Assembly (NCBI RefSeq): GCF_964204645.1
Contig: NC_134026.1
Location: 20,618,150 to 20,682,149 of the forward strand
Source of the DNA: Tubulanus polymorphus
Taxonomy: Eukaryota; Animalia; Nemertea
DNA length: 64,000 nucleotides
Reading direction: 5' to 3'
Position 1 is the stretch's first letter. Each line of letters opens with the position of its first letter. The notes below the pieces were generated by a model, which saw only the letters and a list, made by a program, of their open reading frames with translations, was not told the origin of the DNA and did not search any database. Positions 1-10,238 of this stretch are shown here, one piece after another. The translations under genes and the position numbers were made by a program.

Positions 1-499
1 CTAAATTTGAATAGCTGGCATATGATCGTATACATTACTCTCTGCCCACGCCCATGACATAACCAGCCAAGACGAGTCTGATTTCATTTGTGAAGGACAT
101 CTTTGGTCGCTTTTTGTGTATCACTCACAAAGTATATTTTGCATTTCGTATCATCGCTCTCTTTGGTACGAATTCGCAAATGGCCTACGCTACAGTTCTA
201 TTTGGAGTTAAACTTCACATTTTATTCACGCATACAATGAAGGCAATTAGTCAACACAACTCGAATCAGTAGTGAATCCAGCGATCAGCCATTCCCCACC
301 CTATTTCTGTGGACCAAAGAATTTTCTTGAGATGTTCCGGGGCGTGGTGTAAGTCGCCATCGTTTTCATTATTTTCTTTCTATATATCGACCCTTCCCAA
401 AAGGCTCATTTTGCCCCTGTTAGATTACTGATTACCCTTGTTTTGTGCATTGTCGGACTGATGACAGAACTATAGCCGAACTTAACTGATTCATATTCG

Positions 500-624
500 G
501 TGGCTTGTTGCACAGTCAGTCAGTCAATCTTTACACTTGTGGTCTTAAGTTGTTCGACTGGCAATTGAACTTAGATGGGCTCAAACTGGTGTTAAACATA
601 AGCCATGAATGCTCAACTGGCCCC
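500..624. mobile_element. Degenerate short MITE
   Basis: Imperfect terminal inverted repeats GTGGCTTGTTGCACA / TGCTCAACTGGCCCC. Confidence 0.4.
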
Positions 625-1290
625 AGCAGATTTTCGTTTGTTTGTCGAATGATCGTTGATATTTCCGATGCTTTGATAATTGAAATGTCTAATTATCGGA
701 AATATCACCGATCATTCGACAAACAAACGACATTTCTACAAATTCACAAAATGTTTTTGTTCAACCAATAATTAAACGATCATGTTCTCATCAATCAAGA
801 AATTTTATGTTTTCTGAAAAGATAAAACTAAACGTACAGGATATGGATTGTTTGCGCGCCTGTGTAATATATCGTATAAGGGCTGTACAAGTTCCCACGT
901 CTCGTACAAACTTGCAGTAAAATACTCTCGGCCCAATTTGTGATATTTCCACGATTCAGTGTGTGTATACGGTCTTGTTACTGCAAAATCATTTTTATTG
1001 CTTTTGAAACAATGAGTCGTAATCGCCCCGAACCATTCCAAACCAACAGGAAGGTTCGGTCGATTGATTTGCTTGTTCTTTCGCGACCATAGTGTTGCGG
1101 CAACAACTTTGACAATCTCCTACTATCAGCTATTGGGCCACAAGAAAGAAACAAAATAGATATATCGATCTTAGATTAGTCTCACAATCAACATCACTGT
1201 TATTTCAATTCAAAGTATTGACTCGTTCGGTTTAGCGAAATCCGTTTCGACACCAGAAACCGAAAAGGATTAGTAAATCTAATTTTTGTA

Positions 1291-1445
1291 GCGACCATGA
1301 AGAAAAACTTTTTTAAAAAGTGTGATCAGGTTGTTTATCGGGATGCGCGTGAGAATGTTTTACTTTAAAAAAACAGATTTCTGCGTGCGGGATGCGCATT
1401 TTTAATTTTTTACTGACGACCTTTTTAAAGCGCGCGGAAAAATTA
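1291..1445 (+). repeat. Segment homologous to 3363-3480
   Basis: Shared CGACC..AAAAAC..TGTGATCAGGTT..TCGGGATGCG..TTTTT(A)AGC(G/A)CGC; each copy lies upstream of an EF-hand paralog. Confidence 0.55.
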
Positions 1446-1786
1446 TTCCGATGAAAAACAAGCAATTTGTTTGCGTGGCCGTTCGTTTAGATTTTATATT
1501 CAGAATAATGATACTACTCAAGTCGTTTCGTAAAACTGGCCACTGGCGGCAAAACAGGAATTATCACGTAAAAAACTGATGGATGATTGATGACTATCAG
1601 GATTGTCCTAAATTGGGTTCATTTTCTGTATGTTGTCGTATCTTGCGTTAAAATGTATGTCGAACGAGTGAGTACAGGTTTTCACTCCCAGGCCAACTAC
1701 GCAACGATTATACATCATCAAGCAGCGCCGTCGCGTTGTTGCCACGAGAGATTGCGAGGAGAACTTGTTACCCACCTATAATCGCT

Positions 1787-2316
1787 ATGGCTGCTGCACG
1801 AGAGTTTGCTGAAAGACATCGTTGATAAGACGGAAAAATACATCGTCGATGACCTGGAACCCACTATCAGAAAGTACGATCATACAAAATTCGATAAACT
1901 TATTCTGCTGCTGTAAACGGCAGCATGGCACACGGAATTGGCTCACGGAATTGGCTCATCGCGTGTGCCTATGGTAATAATCGGGCTTCGTGATAGAAAA
2001 ATGCCTTTTGGCGACGTTTGGTTTAACGATTCAATCTCACGATAAGCACCGTCACAAATCTGAATCTTGAATTATGTTTATATACAGTTACATTGTAGCC
2101 GAGTACTGGATAAGGATAATAATTGAAGGCGGTGCAGATGATCCGAACAAGGGGATGACCATGGCCGATATCGATTTTCTGGGTACAGCCATCGACGATA
2201 TGCTGGTGAATAATATCGCAAATGCCCATAATGACCTCAATGGTTTCATTGACAAAAATGAGTTCAGAGTTTGCCTGTTGGTGGACATCAAGGCAGAAAA
2301 ATCCGGCTTTCTTTAG
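1787..2316 (+). pseudogene. Degraded tandem paralog of the EF-hand gene
   Basis: ATG at 1787 is followed by a frameshift; the shifted frame reads HESLLKDIVDKTEKYIVDDLEPTIRKYD (gene: HEDMLKEVVEKTKKYDVADLEASIRKYD), then decays to a stop. No exon-2 homolog is visible. The exon-3 homolog follows a TACAG acceptor at 2088-2316 (YIVAEYW..DDPNKGMTMADIDFL..HNDLNGFIDKNEF), with EF4 position 1 D->H. Confidence 0.8.
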
Positions 2317-4067
2317 CTTGTTAAACTTCATTCAGTATGAGACGTCAGTAACAAAATCAATATTATAGCCGTATAGTTTCACGTCTATTCGACCTTTCAA
2401 AACAAAATCTGAAAGGATTATCATTATGGGACCAGTCATGACTGTGATAGTATGGAGTCCCGAATTCTACGATCATTATCTGCCAACTACTTTATTGTTT
2501 TTTCTACGTTCGTTCGTTACTGTATAATTAGCAGGGTTGTGAAGCTTGGTATAGATAAACAGGGTATTTCATTTGCAATTGGGCCTACGTTTCAATGTTG
2601 TTGTTTTATGTTGATTTCATTTATCAATTTCAGTTAAAAATTCGCTTCATTTTAATTCAAGATGGTCGCACGTATAAAGGCCATTGAAGAAATCCAACGA
2701 AAATTTTTTCTAAACATTCTTTCGAGTGCAATTATAGACGATAAAGGTTTGGATCCACTTTTTCCCTCTTAAAATAAACGAATATCTGAACATGGGTCGC
2801 TTTTTATGAGTATTGCGTTCACTGCATTCAACACAAAATATAGACCGATATAAACACAGCAATGTCACGGCCATGAGGTTTAAAACCGGTACAAGCACTT
2901 CATGAACTTATTATTCGCTTTCCATACATGCACAATACTAATATACGTACTACGTTTTAGATTTGGAGCCCAAACAAAAGAGGTACAGGACACCCTGTAT
3001 ATCTATTTTCGAGCGCTTATTTCTTTCTATAGATTTTTCTAAGCCTAATCATCAATAGAATCTCATCTCGAACTGCATAGTATAGTGTTAAATGATGGTT
3101 TTTCGTTTTACACCTATTTCATATTAGAAAAAAAACACCCTTGTTTCTCATCAGCATTTTTGGAAAAGTGACGAGGGAGGCAGGTTTTCATTTTCACCAC
3201 CCTTCTTAAAAATAGAGAAATAAAAAGCCTAATACCAAATTCCAAAAGTAACGAGGGTGACTATTATTTTTAATTTCTTAAATTGGCAAATTTAGGCGTT
3301 CACGGCCTTGAATCAGGATGGAAAGTGCGTCGTTACCGGAATGCTCTCTTCCCACAGTAGTAACGACCGTAACACAAAAACATTTGAAAATGTGATCAGG
3401 TTTTTTCGGGATGCGTGTGTTACGTTTAAAAAGGTGTCAAACAATTTATCTATGATCAATTTTTTTTAGCACGCAAAAAAGTAGTACGCGTGTTGTGGGG
3501 TTCTGCCATCCTAGCCCTCATTTCTAATCAACGAATTTTTCGAATCAGCCCCCATATCACAAGACGTAACAGGTTGGCTAGATATCAATGATTAATTTGG
3601 AATTATATGCATTATGACCTGGTCGATACATGATAAAGGTACTAAACTTACTAAAACTGAAACGTCGGATATGAAGGGCAAGTGTGACGTGTTTTTCTTT
3701 TAATTATGACATAAATGATAGAAATATTAATTACATATCTAATCTATTACGAACGTCAAATTGAGGTTGGAAGGCCGCTAGATCACCAAATAATCACCTA
3801 TGTCACAATTACCCATTACTCCCACTAATTATAGTCACCGTCCATAAAGGTTGAAATAGATTTCTATGTATGCCCTTATTAGCCCATATTTTTAACTTAT
3901 ATATACTTGAATGGAGATCCAATCTAGACAATTCATTCAAAACAAATAAAATGAATATTAATTCACTGTTAAATGTCGTATAAAAGGCCACTGTCGCATA
4001 TGCCTGGGCGAATGTCTTTTCGGGCGAACGTTCGGGCGTGTTGGTTGTCACGAGGTCAACGCGTGCC

Positions 4068-4104
4068 TATAAAAACTGCGCTCATTAACGCGTTCGCCGC
4101 AGTC
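4068..4104 (+). promoter_or_regulatory. TATA box and initiator-like site of the EF-hand gene
   Basis: TATAAAA at 4068-4074, with Inr-like GCAGTC about 31-33 nt downstream and about 50 nt before the ATG. Confidence 0.6.
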
Positions 4105-4151
4105 GTTCGACTATCACAACGCTACTACCAACGAACACTAACGAACTCGTC

Positions 4152-4355
4152 ATGGTTGCTTCGCACGAGGATATGCTGAAAGAGGTCGTGGAAAAAACGA
4201 AGAAATACGATGTCGCTGACCTGGAGGCCAGCATACGAAAATACGACGCCACTTTTGCAAAAATCGACTCGGACAAGGATGGTTTCCTATGCAAAGATGA
4301 TTTAGTTAAGGCGGCAAAGGAGCTAGGGGAATTAGTCGACGAGTCAACTGTCGAG
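4152..4355 (+). CDS. EF-hand protein coding exon 1 (EF1)
   Basis: ATG at 4152, 68 codons, EF loop DSDKDGFLCKDD, donor GAG|GTAAAA at 4356. Confidence 0.88.
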
Positions 4356-6889
4356 GTAAAAATTTAGTAGATGAACATAGATCATATGCAATTAAAAAGG
4401 GAACCAGAGAACAAGCTTATGAATACGAACTGTTTACTATCAATTCATTATTTTTCATTTTCCTGTAAAATTTCAGTTGGTTATTCTTTATTTTCCCATA
4501 AAATTTCAGGGCCTTATTCCAAATTCCAAAAGAAACGAGGGTGACTTTTTCTATTTCTTACACAAGATTCGTAGAGAAGCCGCGTTTACCGTGTGTAGAA
4601 TGAGCCAACGAGACGAGTAGTTCTATAAAGGTTAACTTAATAGGTTGACGCACGAGCTTTCGCTGCTAGCGTATAGAAGCTTCAATATATACACTTGCAG
4701 CGAAAGCTAGCGCGTCAGAAGATAGTTAACCTTTAAAGTACTACTCGTCTCGTTGTTAATGAAGCTTCTTCTATACACTAGCAGCGAAAGCTCGTGCGTC
4801 AGATAAGATAGTTAACCTTTAAACTGCTCATCTGCTGTTGAAGCTTATATACACTAGTAGCGAAAGCTCGTGCGTTAAACAAAATAGTTATTATTAAGTA
4901 CAACTGGTCTCGTTGTACACATCCATGTTTAAACAAGCATTTCTCATTTATATACGAGCATATATTTGCGAACACGGTTGAATTAGCGTCATATGTCTAT
5001 AGCGCTTTTGTATGGGGATTTCATTCAAAACATCAACCTTTTAACCTCAGACTCAGTCTGATTACTCCGAGCATTAACAGAACGTGGCGACAGAAGTTCA
5101 TTAACTATGAATTAATGTAGCAGATATATTGTAGATACCGTATTCGTTCAATACTGTATTATTTGCAGTTGTAGATATTATGTTTAAACTACCCAATTTG
5201 CATATTTAAATTATGCTTGAAGTTTGTCGAAATTTCTTAGATCTTATTCATATCTTGCACCCATTCTTTTGAAGATTCCTGTTGGCGTTATCTCCACCGA
5301 CACTTGGCCTTACCATTTTCTTTGATCGTTGCAGGGTGTTTACAAAAAATTCGATGTGAATGGTAGCGATACTATAACCCTACAAGAATTCTTAGAGGTC
5401 GCTGTTTTGTGAGTATTCTTCTAATAAGCCTGTTTACAGTTTCCAGGCGCCATTTTTGGGGTACCCGCCGGGTCTGTATTGTTGAACTTTTTGTCCCAAT
5501 TTTTCCCCGGTTTAATTTTTTTATTTCGTTCATATCTCTGGATTGGATGAAGATAGAAACAAATATCGATGGACTCAGCTGATAATGAAATTTTTTATGA
5601 TATCGCTCATTTATAAAGTTAATGCAACAATGCGCGCTGGTGAAGTTATAAACATTGATATCGTCTTTCCGATAATTCCACTTGAGTTATTGCTCATCCC
5701 ATTCAAAAGTTCGTAATCCTTACAAATTATAATCTACACTTTTGAAGTTGGTATGATCAATAGACATCTATGTGGTCTTATGTACATTTTAACGTTTTCA
5801 ATTATCTTTATTACTTTTTAAGTAAAAGATAAATATTGATTAACGACTTATTGTTACTCCTTTGATTCCTATATGATTTTACTGTTAGTTCTGTTCTGTT
5901 GGTTTCATGGTCTCCTATAACTTACGTTCCATTGTCTTAAGTGAAATCATCAAATCAATCATCCTCCCCAACAGGGATTCTAGCCTGATGGCATGGCTAC
6001 ACTCAGCCTCGGCACGAACCCCTGCCACACTAGACCGGGTGCGCAGGTACATGCGCAGCTTTGCCGCACGAAAACTTGCGGCACCAATCAGATTGCTCTT
6101 TGTATAATCGCTGAGAAAAGTTTCAAGGAAGAGCTATAAATGGGAAAACCCGGGCTAAAATTTCTGATTGGCTAATAATGACATCATCTAAGCTGCGCGT
6201 GTAGCTGCGCACTCGTTTTAGTATGGCAGGGTTTCGTACCGTGGCAATCTCGATGCCATCAGGTTCGAATCCCTGCCAGGGGACGATGCAAATTAATGCG
6301 TTCAGATCGCATACCGCCCAATCCTGACGGCTGTTAGACATGTGATTTATATATGCTTCATCGGTCGTCCTTTTCGAGCCTATCCCCTATTGATTTCAAA
6401 TTAAGATAGGTGCGCTATAAACCTGTTGCATATTGAAATTTGTGTTTTGAGTATGTATGAATAGTACCGTTAGCTTTATTTCAAAATTCTAACAATTACC
6501 TTTAACCAACAATAACGGAATGTCACTAGTCTAGTAAATTCCTTGACTACGTACCACGCGAAATGGCCCAGATCCTTAGTCCTAGCAGTTCGCGAGTTAA
6601 TAGAATATTCTACAATTATTCTTCCTTGCGTTACAGTAACGTTGTCGCTCGCTTCTGGAGGGAAACGATGTTTGAGGGAGTCGATGACCCAACCAAGGGG
6701 ATGACCATGGCTGACATTGACTTTTTGGATATATCAATCGACGATGCACTAGCGAAAGATATCGCTGAGGCGGATAAAGACAAAAACGGTTTCGTCGACT
6801 TTGAAGAATTCAAGGTTTATTTGTGGGCTGACGTCAAGGGAGTCTTCGGCAAAATTCAGTGGTTCAAGGATTTCTTATACATCCTATAG
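4152..6889 (+). CDS. Calmodulin-like EF-hand calcium-binding protein, 3 coding exons (4152-4355, 5335-5408, 6637-6889), 176 aa
   Basis: Exons join in frame through canonical GT-AG introns (GAG|gtaaaa..tgcag|GGT, phase 0; TT|gtgagt..tacag|T, phase 2); 204+74+253=531 nt. Protein: MVASHEDML...DSDKDGFLCKDD (EF1)...DVNGSDTITLQE (EF2)...VDDPTKGMTMAD (degenerate EF3)...DKDKNGFVDFEE (EF4)...FKDFLYIL*. Confidence 0.9.
4606..4915. repeat. Array of three direct 76-84 bp units plus one inverted unit, each with a degenerate minimal hammerhead motif (Penelope-like pLTR remnant)
   Basis: Unit GAAGCT..TATACACTAGCAGC-GAAAGCTC-GTGCGTCAG..GTTAACCTTTAAA..CTCGTCTCGTTG; GAAAGCT at 4702, 4786, 4862; inverted copy about 4606-4685; cores TTAATGA (4756) and CTGTTGA (4835). 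Confidence 0.75.
5335..5408 (+). CDS. EF-hand protein coding exon 2 (EF2), absent from the ORF track
   Basis: Pyrimidine-rich tract then TGCAG acceptor; reads GVYKKFDVNGSDTITLQEFLEVAV; donor GTGAGT at 5409. Confidence 0.88.
5425..5790 (+). repeat. Interspersed repeat, second copy at 20636-20900
   Basis: Shared TAAGCCT..AGGCGCCA, TATTTCGTTCATATCTCTGGATTGGA and ATAATTC..CTT(G/A)AGTTATTG(C/T)TCATC. Confidence 0.65.
5960..6288 (+). mobile_element. Mutator-like MITE (family A), in EF-hand intron 2
   Basis: About 100-bp imperfect TIRs CATCCTCCC..CCCTGCCACACTAGA..GCGCAG; 9-bp TSD CAAATCAAT/CAAATTAAT. Confidence 0.85.
6637..6889 (+). CDS. EF-hand protein coding exon 3 (degenerate EF3, canonical EF4, stop)
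   Basis: Acceptor TTCCTTGCGTTACAG; same frame as ORF 6563-6889; loop DKDKNGFVDFEE; TAG at 6887-6889. Confidence 0.88.
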
Positions 6890-7101
6890 ATGCATGAAGT
6901 CATTTCAAATGAAATGGGCCTCCTTGAAGAAACCTAATCTTTCCTGAGATATTGTTTATATAGCAGTTAGGCATGCATTAATAATGTTTAACCGTTTGTC
7001 CAATCATTAAACGCCCTGGGTGGGTAAGTGGGTCTGGATGTATCACTGTAGGTTATTTTCTGTTAACAAATGAGAGCTGTTGACACCAAAAGCAAATTAC
7101 A

Positions 7102-7107
7102 AATAAA
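7102..7107 (+). terminator. Putative polyadenylation signal of the EF-hand gene
   Basis: AATAAA about 210 nt after the stop codon, followed by GT/T-rich sequence. Confidence 0.5.
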
Positions 7108-7551
7108 GCAATAGAATGTTATTACTAAATTTACGTTGTATTTTGTTACTTCAATGATGTTACTTCAATGTAATGGAAAATGCCATGACGTTATGTATTT
7201 CGATGGAATTGAAATCCCATGTGTACCCAATATCGAGCAATTCTGAAAAAAAATAGAAATTATGTCCCAATTTCTGTTTATCATTGAAACTGCGGTGCCA
7301 GGATGCTTGAATAGAGGCATCACACATAAAGCCAAGCGGATACCACTGCGCAAGGTGTCATGTGCTTAACGTCAAATCTGAGCGCGGAACGCGAACGTTT
7401 TAGCATATGCATCGATGGGTTGAAGCTGATAATAGCTACCCAGATCACTCGAGAACGTATTCGAACGAGAGTGATTTCAGGAAAAATTCGTAACATCTTC
7501 ATTGTCAGGACTGTGGAAGGCCGATATTGATCTCAGTACTAAGAGTTGCCA

Positions 7552-7740
7552 AGTTAAAAACCCACTGTTGATATAAAAGACAGTTTCGTAGTTTATCTAA
7601 AAACTTCATTATCAGAGAAACTAAAATGATTTTGGTTATATTTCGAAAATTTGGAAAATCACGTCGGTTTCTCTGATGATGGAGTTAGATAAACTCCGAA
7701 GCCGTCAGACGCTTAATAATATCAACTGCGGGTTTTTACT
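7552..7740. mobile_element. Inverted pair of minimal hammerhead-like motifs (Penelope-like remnant)
   Basis: + arm TCT-CTGATGA-T-GGAGTT/AACTCC-GAAGCCGTC-AGA (7670-7709); - arm CTGATAA..GAAACTGTC; outer inverted repeats AAAAACCC(A/G)C. Confidence 0.7.
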
Positions 7741-8721
7741 AATAGGGTGCACGCAGGGCTACTGTGGTAGTCGAGGATTCTACGTATGGCAGGCGAGGAT
7801 CCGTCAGGTTCGCTAGTAGTTTGTTGGTCGTCTGCGTTTAATTTCCTTCTACATTTGAATGAAAATTTCTCTTAACTGAATCAATTATTTATGAAAACTG
7901 TGTCCATATCTCATTCCATATTTCATATTTGGTGAGTCCAGTAATAATATACGGATTCAGGAGTCTAAAAGTCCAGTTCAAAGTTCATTGAAAATGAACT
8001 GATTTTGACGATGGACGACTTCTGCTCGTCACGCCATCTAGCAGGATAGGTTGTTTTGCGGGTACGCCATTGTCGGTGTATAGTCAAAAGAATGACGCGG
8101 TTAAGACGGATACATTTCCAATGCGTTCATTCATACGCAAACGAGCTTCGAATATGTTCACTTTTTCTTTGCAGCATTTATAGCTTGCTATACATGCTGC
8201 GGGAGCGAACGATGATGCAAATGATGATGTATTTTACTCCCGACGAAAGAATACTGACAATTCGCAAATACTCGTTCGCCGTATAATTCTGTTACCAGAG
8301 TGTCGATACCAGACGACTAAATTGGACCTGTGTTTTACACCCTAAAGGAGTATGACTCCACATACTAATTGCATCTAGCCAGCATCTCTCTCGATTTAGA
8401 CATTTCGGTCTTTGTGTATGCCTGTAATACCCCGATCTCATGAAATCGGAAAGCTGATTCAATTATGAGCAACGAGGCTTTGCTTTATCGCCATCTCCGT
8501 AAATATGGATTTCTACGTATTTCTGATTACTAAAAAAGAAATTTCTTTCACAAGAAGTCTAATGTAAATTGTTATGAAAGGTAGAATTCATATACGAATG
8601 TATATACACGAACAAACTTCGACGTCCAGAAGACATTACTATTTTCCAATCACTCTGTGCCTTTTAGTCTCAGTAATTAAATCAGAGTAAGATAATTCTA
8701 TGGAAGCCCTGAAACGACATA

Positions 8722-8790
8722 ACGAATTACGTTTTTACGAATTACGTTTTACGAATTACGTCTTACGAGTTACGTTTTACGACTCACATT
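8722..8790. repeat. About 14-bp minisatellite (ACGAATTACGTTTT) x5
   Basis: Direct tandem copies visible. Confidence 0.85.
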
Positions 8791-10157
8791 TTGGGCAACG
8801 ATTTACCACTACATTTCGGTTCAATTTATCACAAGAGGTCAAGGTTGTGGTGCACTCTCCGTGTCAATTCCGATGAATTTTTCATCTTTTCGGATTTTTC
8901 TCCGAGTTTGTAATTCAGAGCAGAATAATTTTCCGATCTAAATCCAAGTCAGTAACAAATAATTCTGATTATGTTTTACACGTTTTAGATCTTAATCCGA
9001 GTTTGTAACTCTTAAGAAAATAGTTTTTCATAAATTTCAATTTCTTTCAAATTATCCCTGGTGTTTTCCATCGGCCATTAGTCCGGTCAAATTGGAGTTT
9101 AACCGGGAACAAATTGCAACAAAAGGTTTTTTGATTGTTACCATACCTGTTTTGAGTTATATTGACCTGACTACATGGCTTAAAACCTATGGAAATTTAT
9201 CTCAAAAACCCATTCCTATCTATATGAAAGAGGACTGACGAGACTAAGATATCGGAAAACTCGTTTTATATGTTAAGTATTCAAAGTACATCCATCTCAT
9301 TTCCGTCGGTCGTGGGGGCCGGGAGGCCCTTAAGCTTGTAGACGAGACAAAAAGGGGAAAAACGAACATCCGAGCCACCCTAAAAAGTGAGCTCGTGGAA
9401 CCGATTCCAGATTTAGATTCATATCGTTTTTTGTTCGGCTTCTAAGAATGACGTCACACTTCCGGGTTGGGAAGGAATCAGCGCCGCCTATCAAAAGTCC
9501 CATTTTTACAGTAATTGAAGAATTATGAAATTTGAAAAACTATAATTTTAGCCATATCTACAAAAACTTCTTCACAGCCCCTTTAAACCTCCATTCCAGA
9601 GACTTCCGGGATGTACATTTATTCAAAAGCACAGTGATCGGAACGGGTTATTATCCTATTCATCACAGTACGTTAGATTTTCGAAAAGAACTAATGATTC
9701 GGTTGCTAGGCAAATATTGCCGTATTACCAGGGTGTATAAGGCAACGTATCGCGCTACTGGCGGTTATGTATTCCATTAATTCTTCAAGGACTGCGAAGC
9801 GATGGTAGAAGCCCGGCGAAAGCGGTTCCGCCTGGACCTCGCGTATCACATCGTACGTACTGTGACGACGAGCCGAGAGCAGACGATACCAGCCCGTGCG
9901 TTCACTCGTCAGCGTTAACGGTGACTTAACCCGATGATGAGCCGATGAGCTTGGAGGTCTTTTATTTATTCATTTACGTATATCCGACGTAAGGCGTGGT
10001 TATCATACGCGTGTAAATAGTGTCCGAGCAATTCTGATATTTGAAACAATTCAAAGGGAAAAAACAACTGAGGATAGATACCTAATTCATATACAAAACC
10101 GGTAAGTGATGTATATTATATCAATTAAGTTTACTTTCCGGTGGGCCTAGGAGTGAA

Positions 10158-10238
10158 AAGAGTCTACTCGTGGACTCTAAAACGCATGGATTCTATTACG
10201 CAGAGTCCATGCGTTTTAGAGTCCACGAGTAGACTCTT
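10158..10238. repeat. Near-perfect 37-bp inverted repeat with 7-nt loop
   Basis: AAGAGTCTACTCGTGGACTCTAAAACGCATGGATTCT-ATTACGC-AGAGTCCATGCGTTTTAGAGTCCACGAGTAGACTCTT (1 mismatch). Confidence 0.9.

Noticed and set aside
4606-4915. CRISPR-like array interpretation of this array (also 50330-50740 and 23050-23220)
   Set aside because: Whole units repeat with no unique spacers, no cas genes, and the context is eukaryotic.
6226-6280. tRNA gene call for GGTTCGAATCCC-containing arms
   Set aside because: No complete cloverleaf or anticodon arm; the sequence lies within a MITE TIR.
4152-6889. Naming the gene calmodulin, SCP or an aequorin-type photoprotein
   Set aside because: The sequence is far from canonical calmodulin, and the inactive site is EF3 rather than the EF2 of Nereis SCP or aequorin; no symbol assigned.
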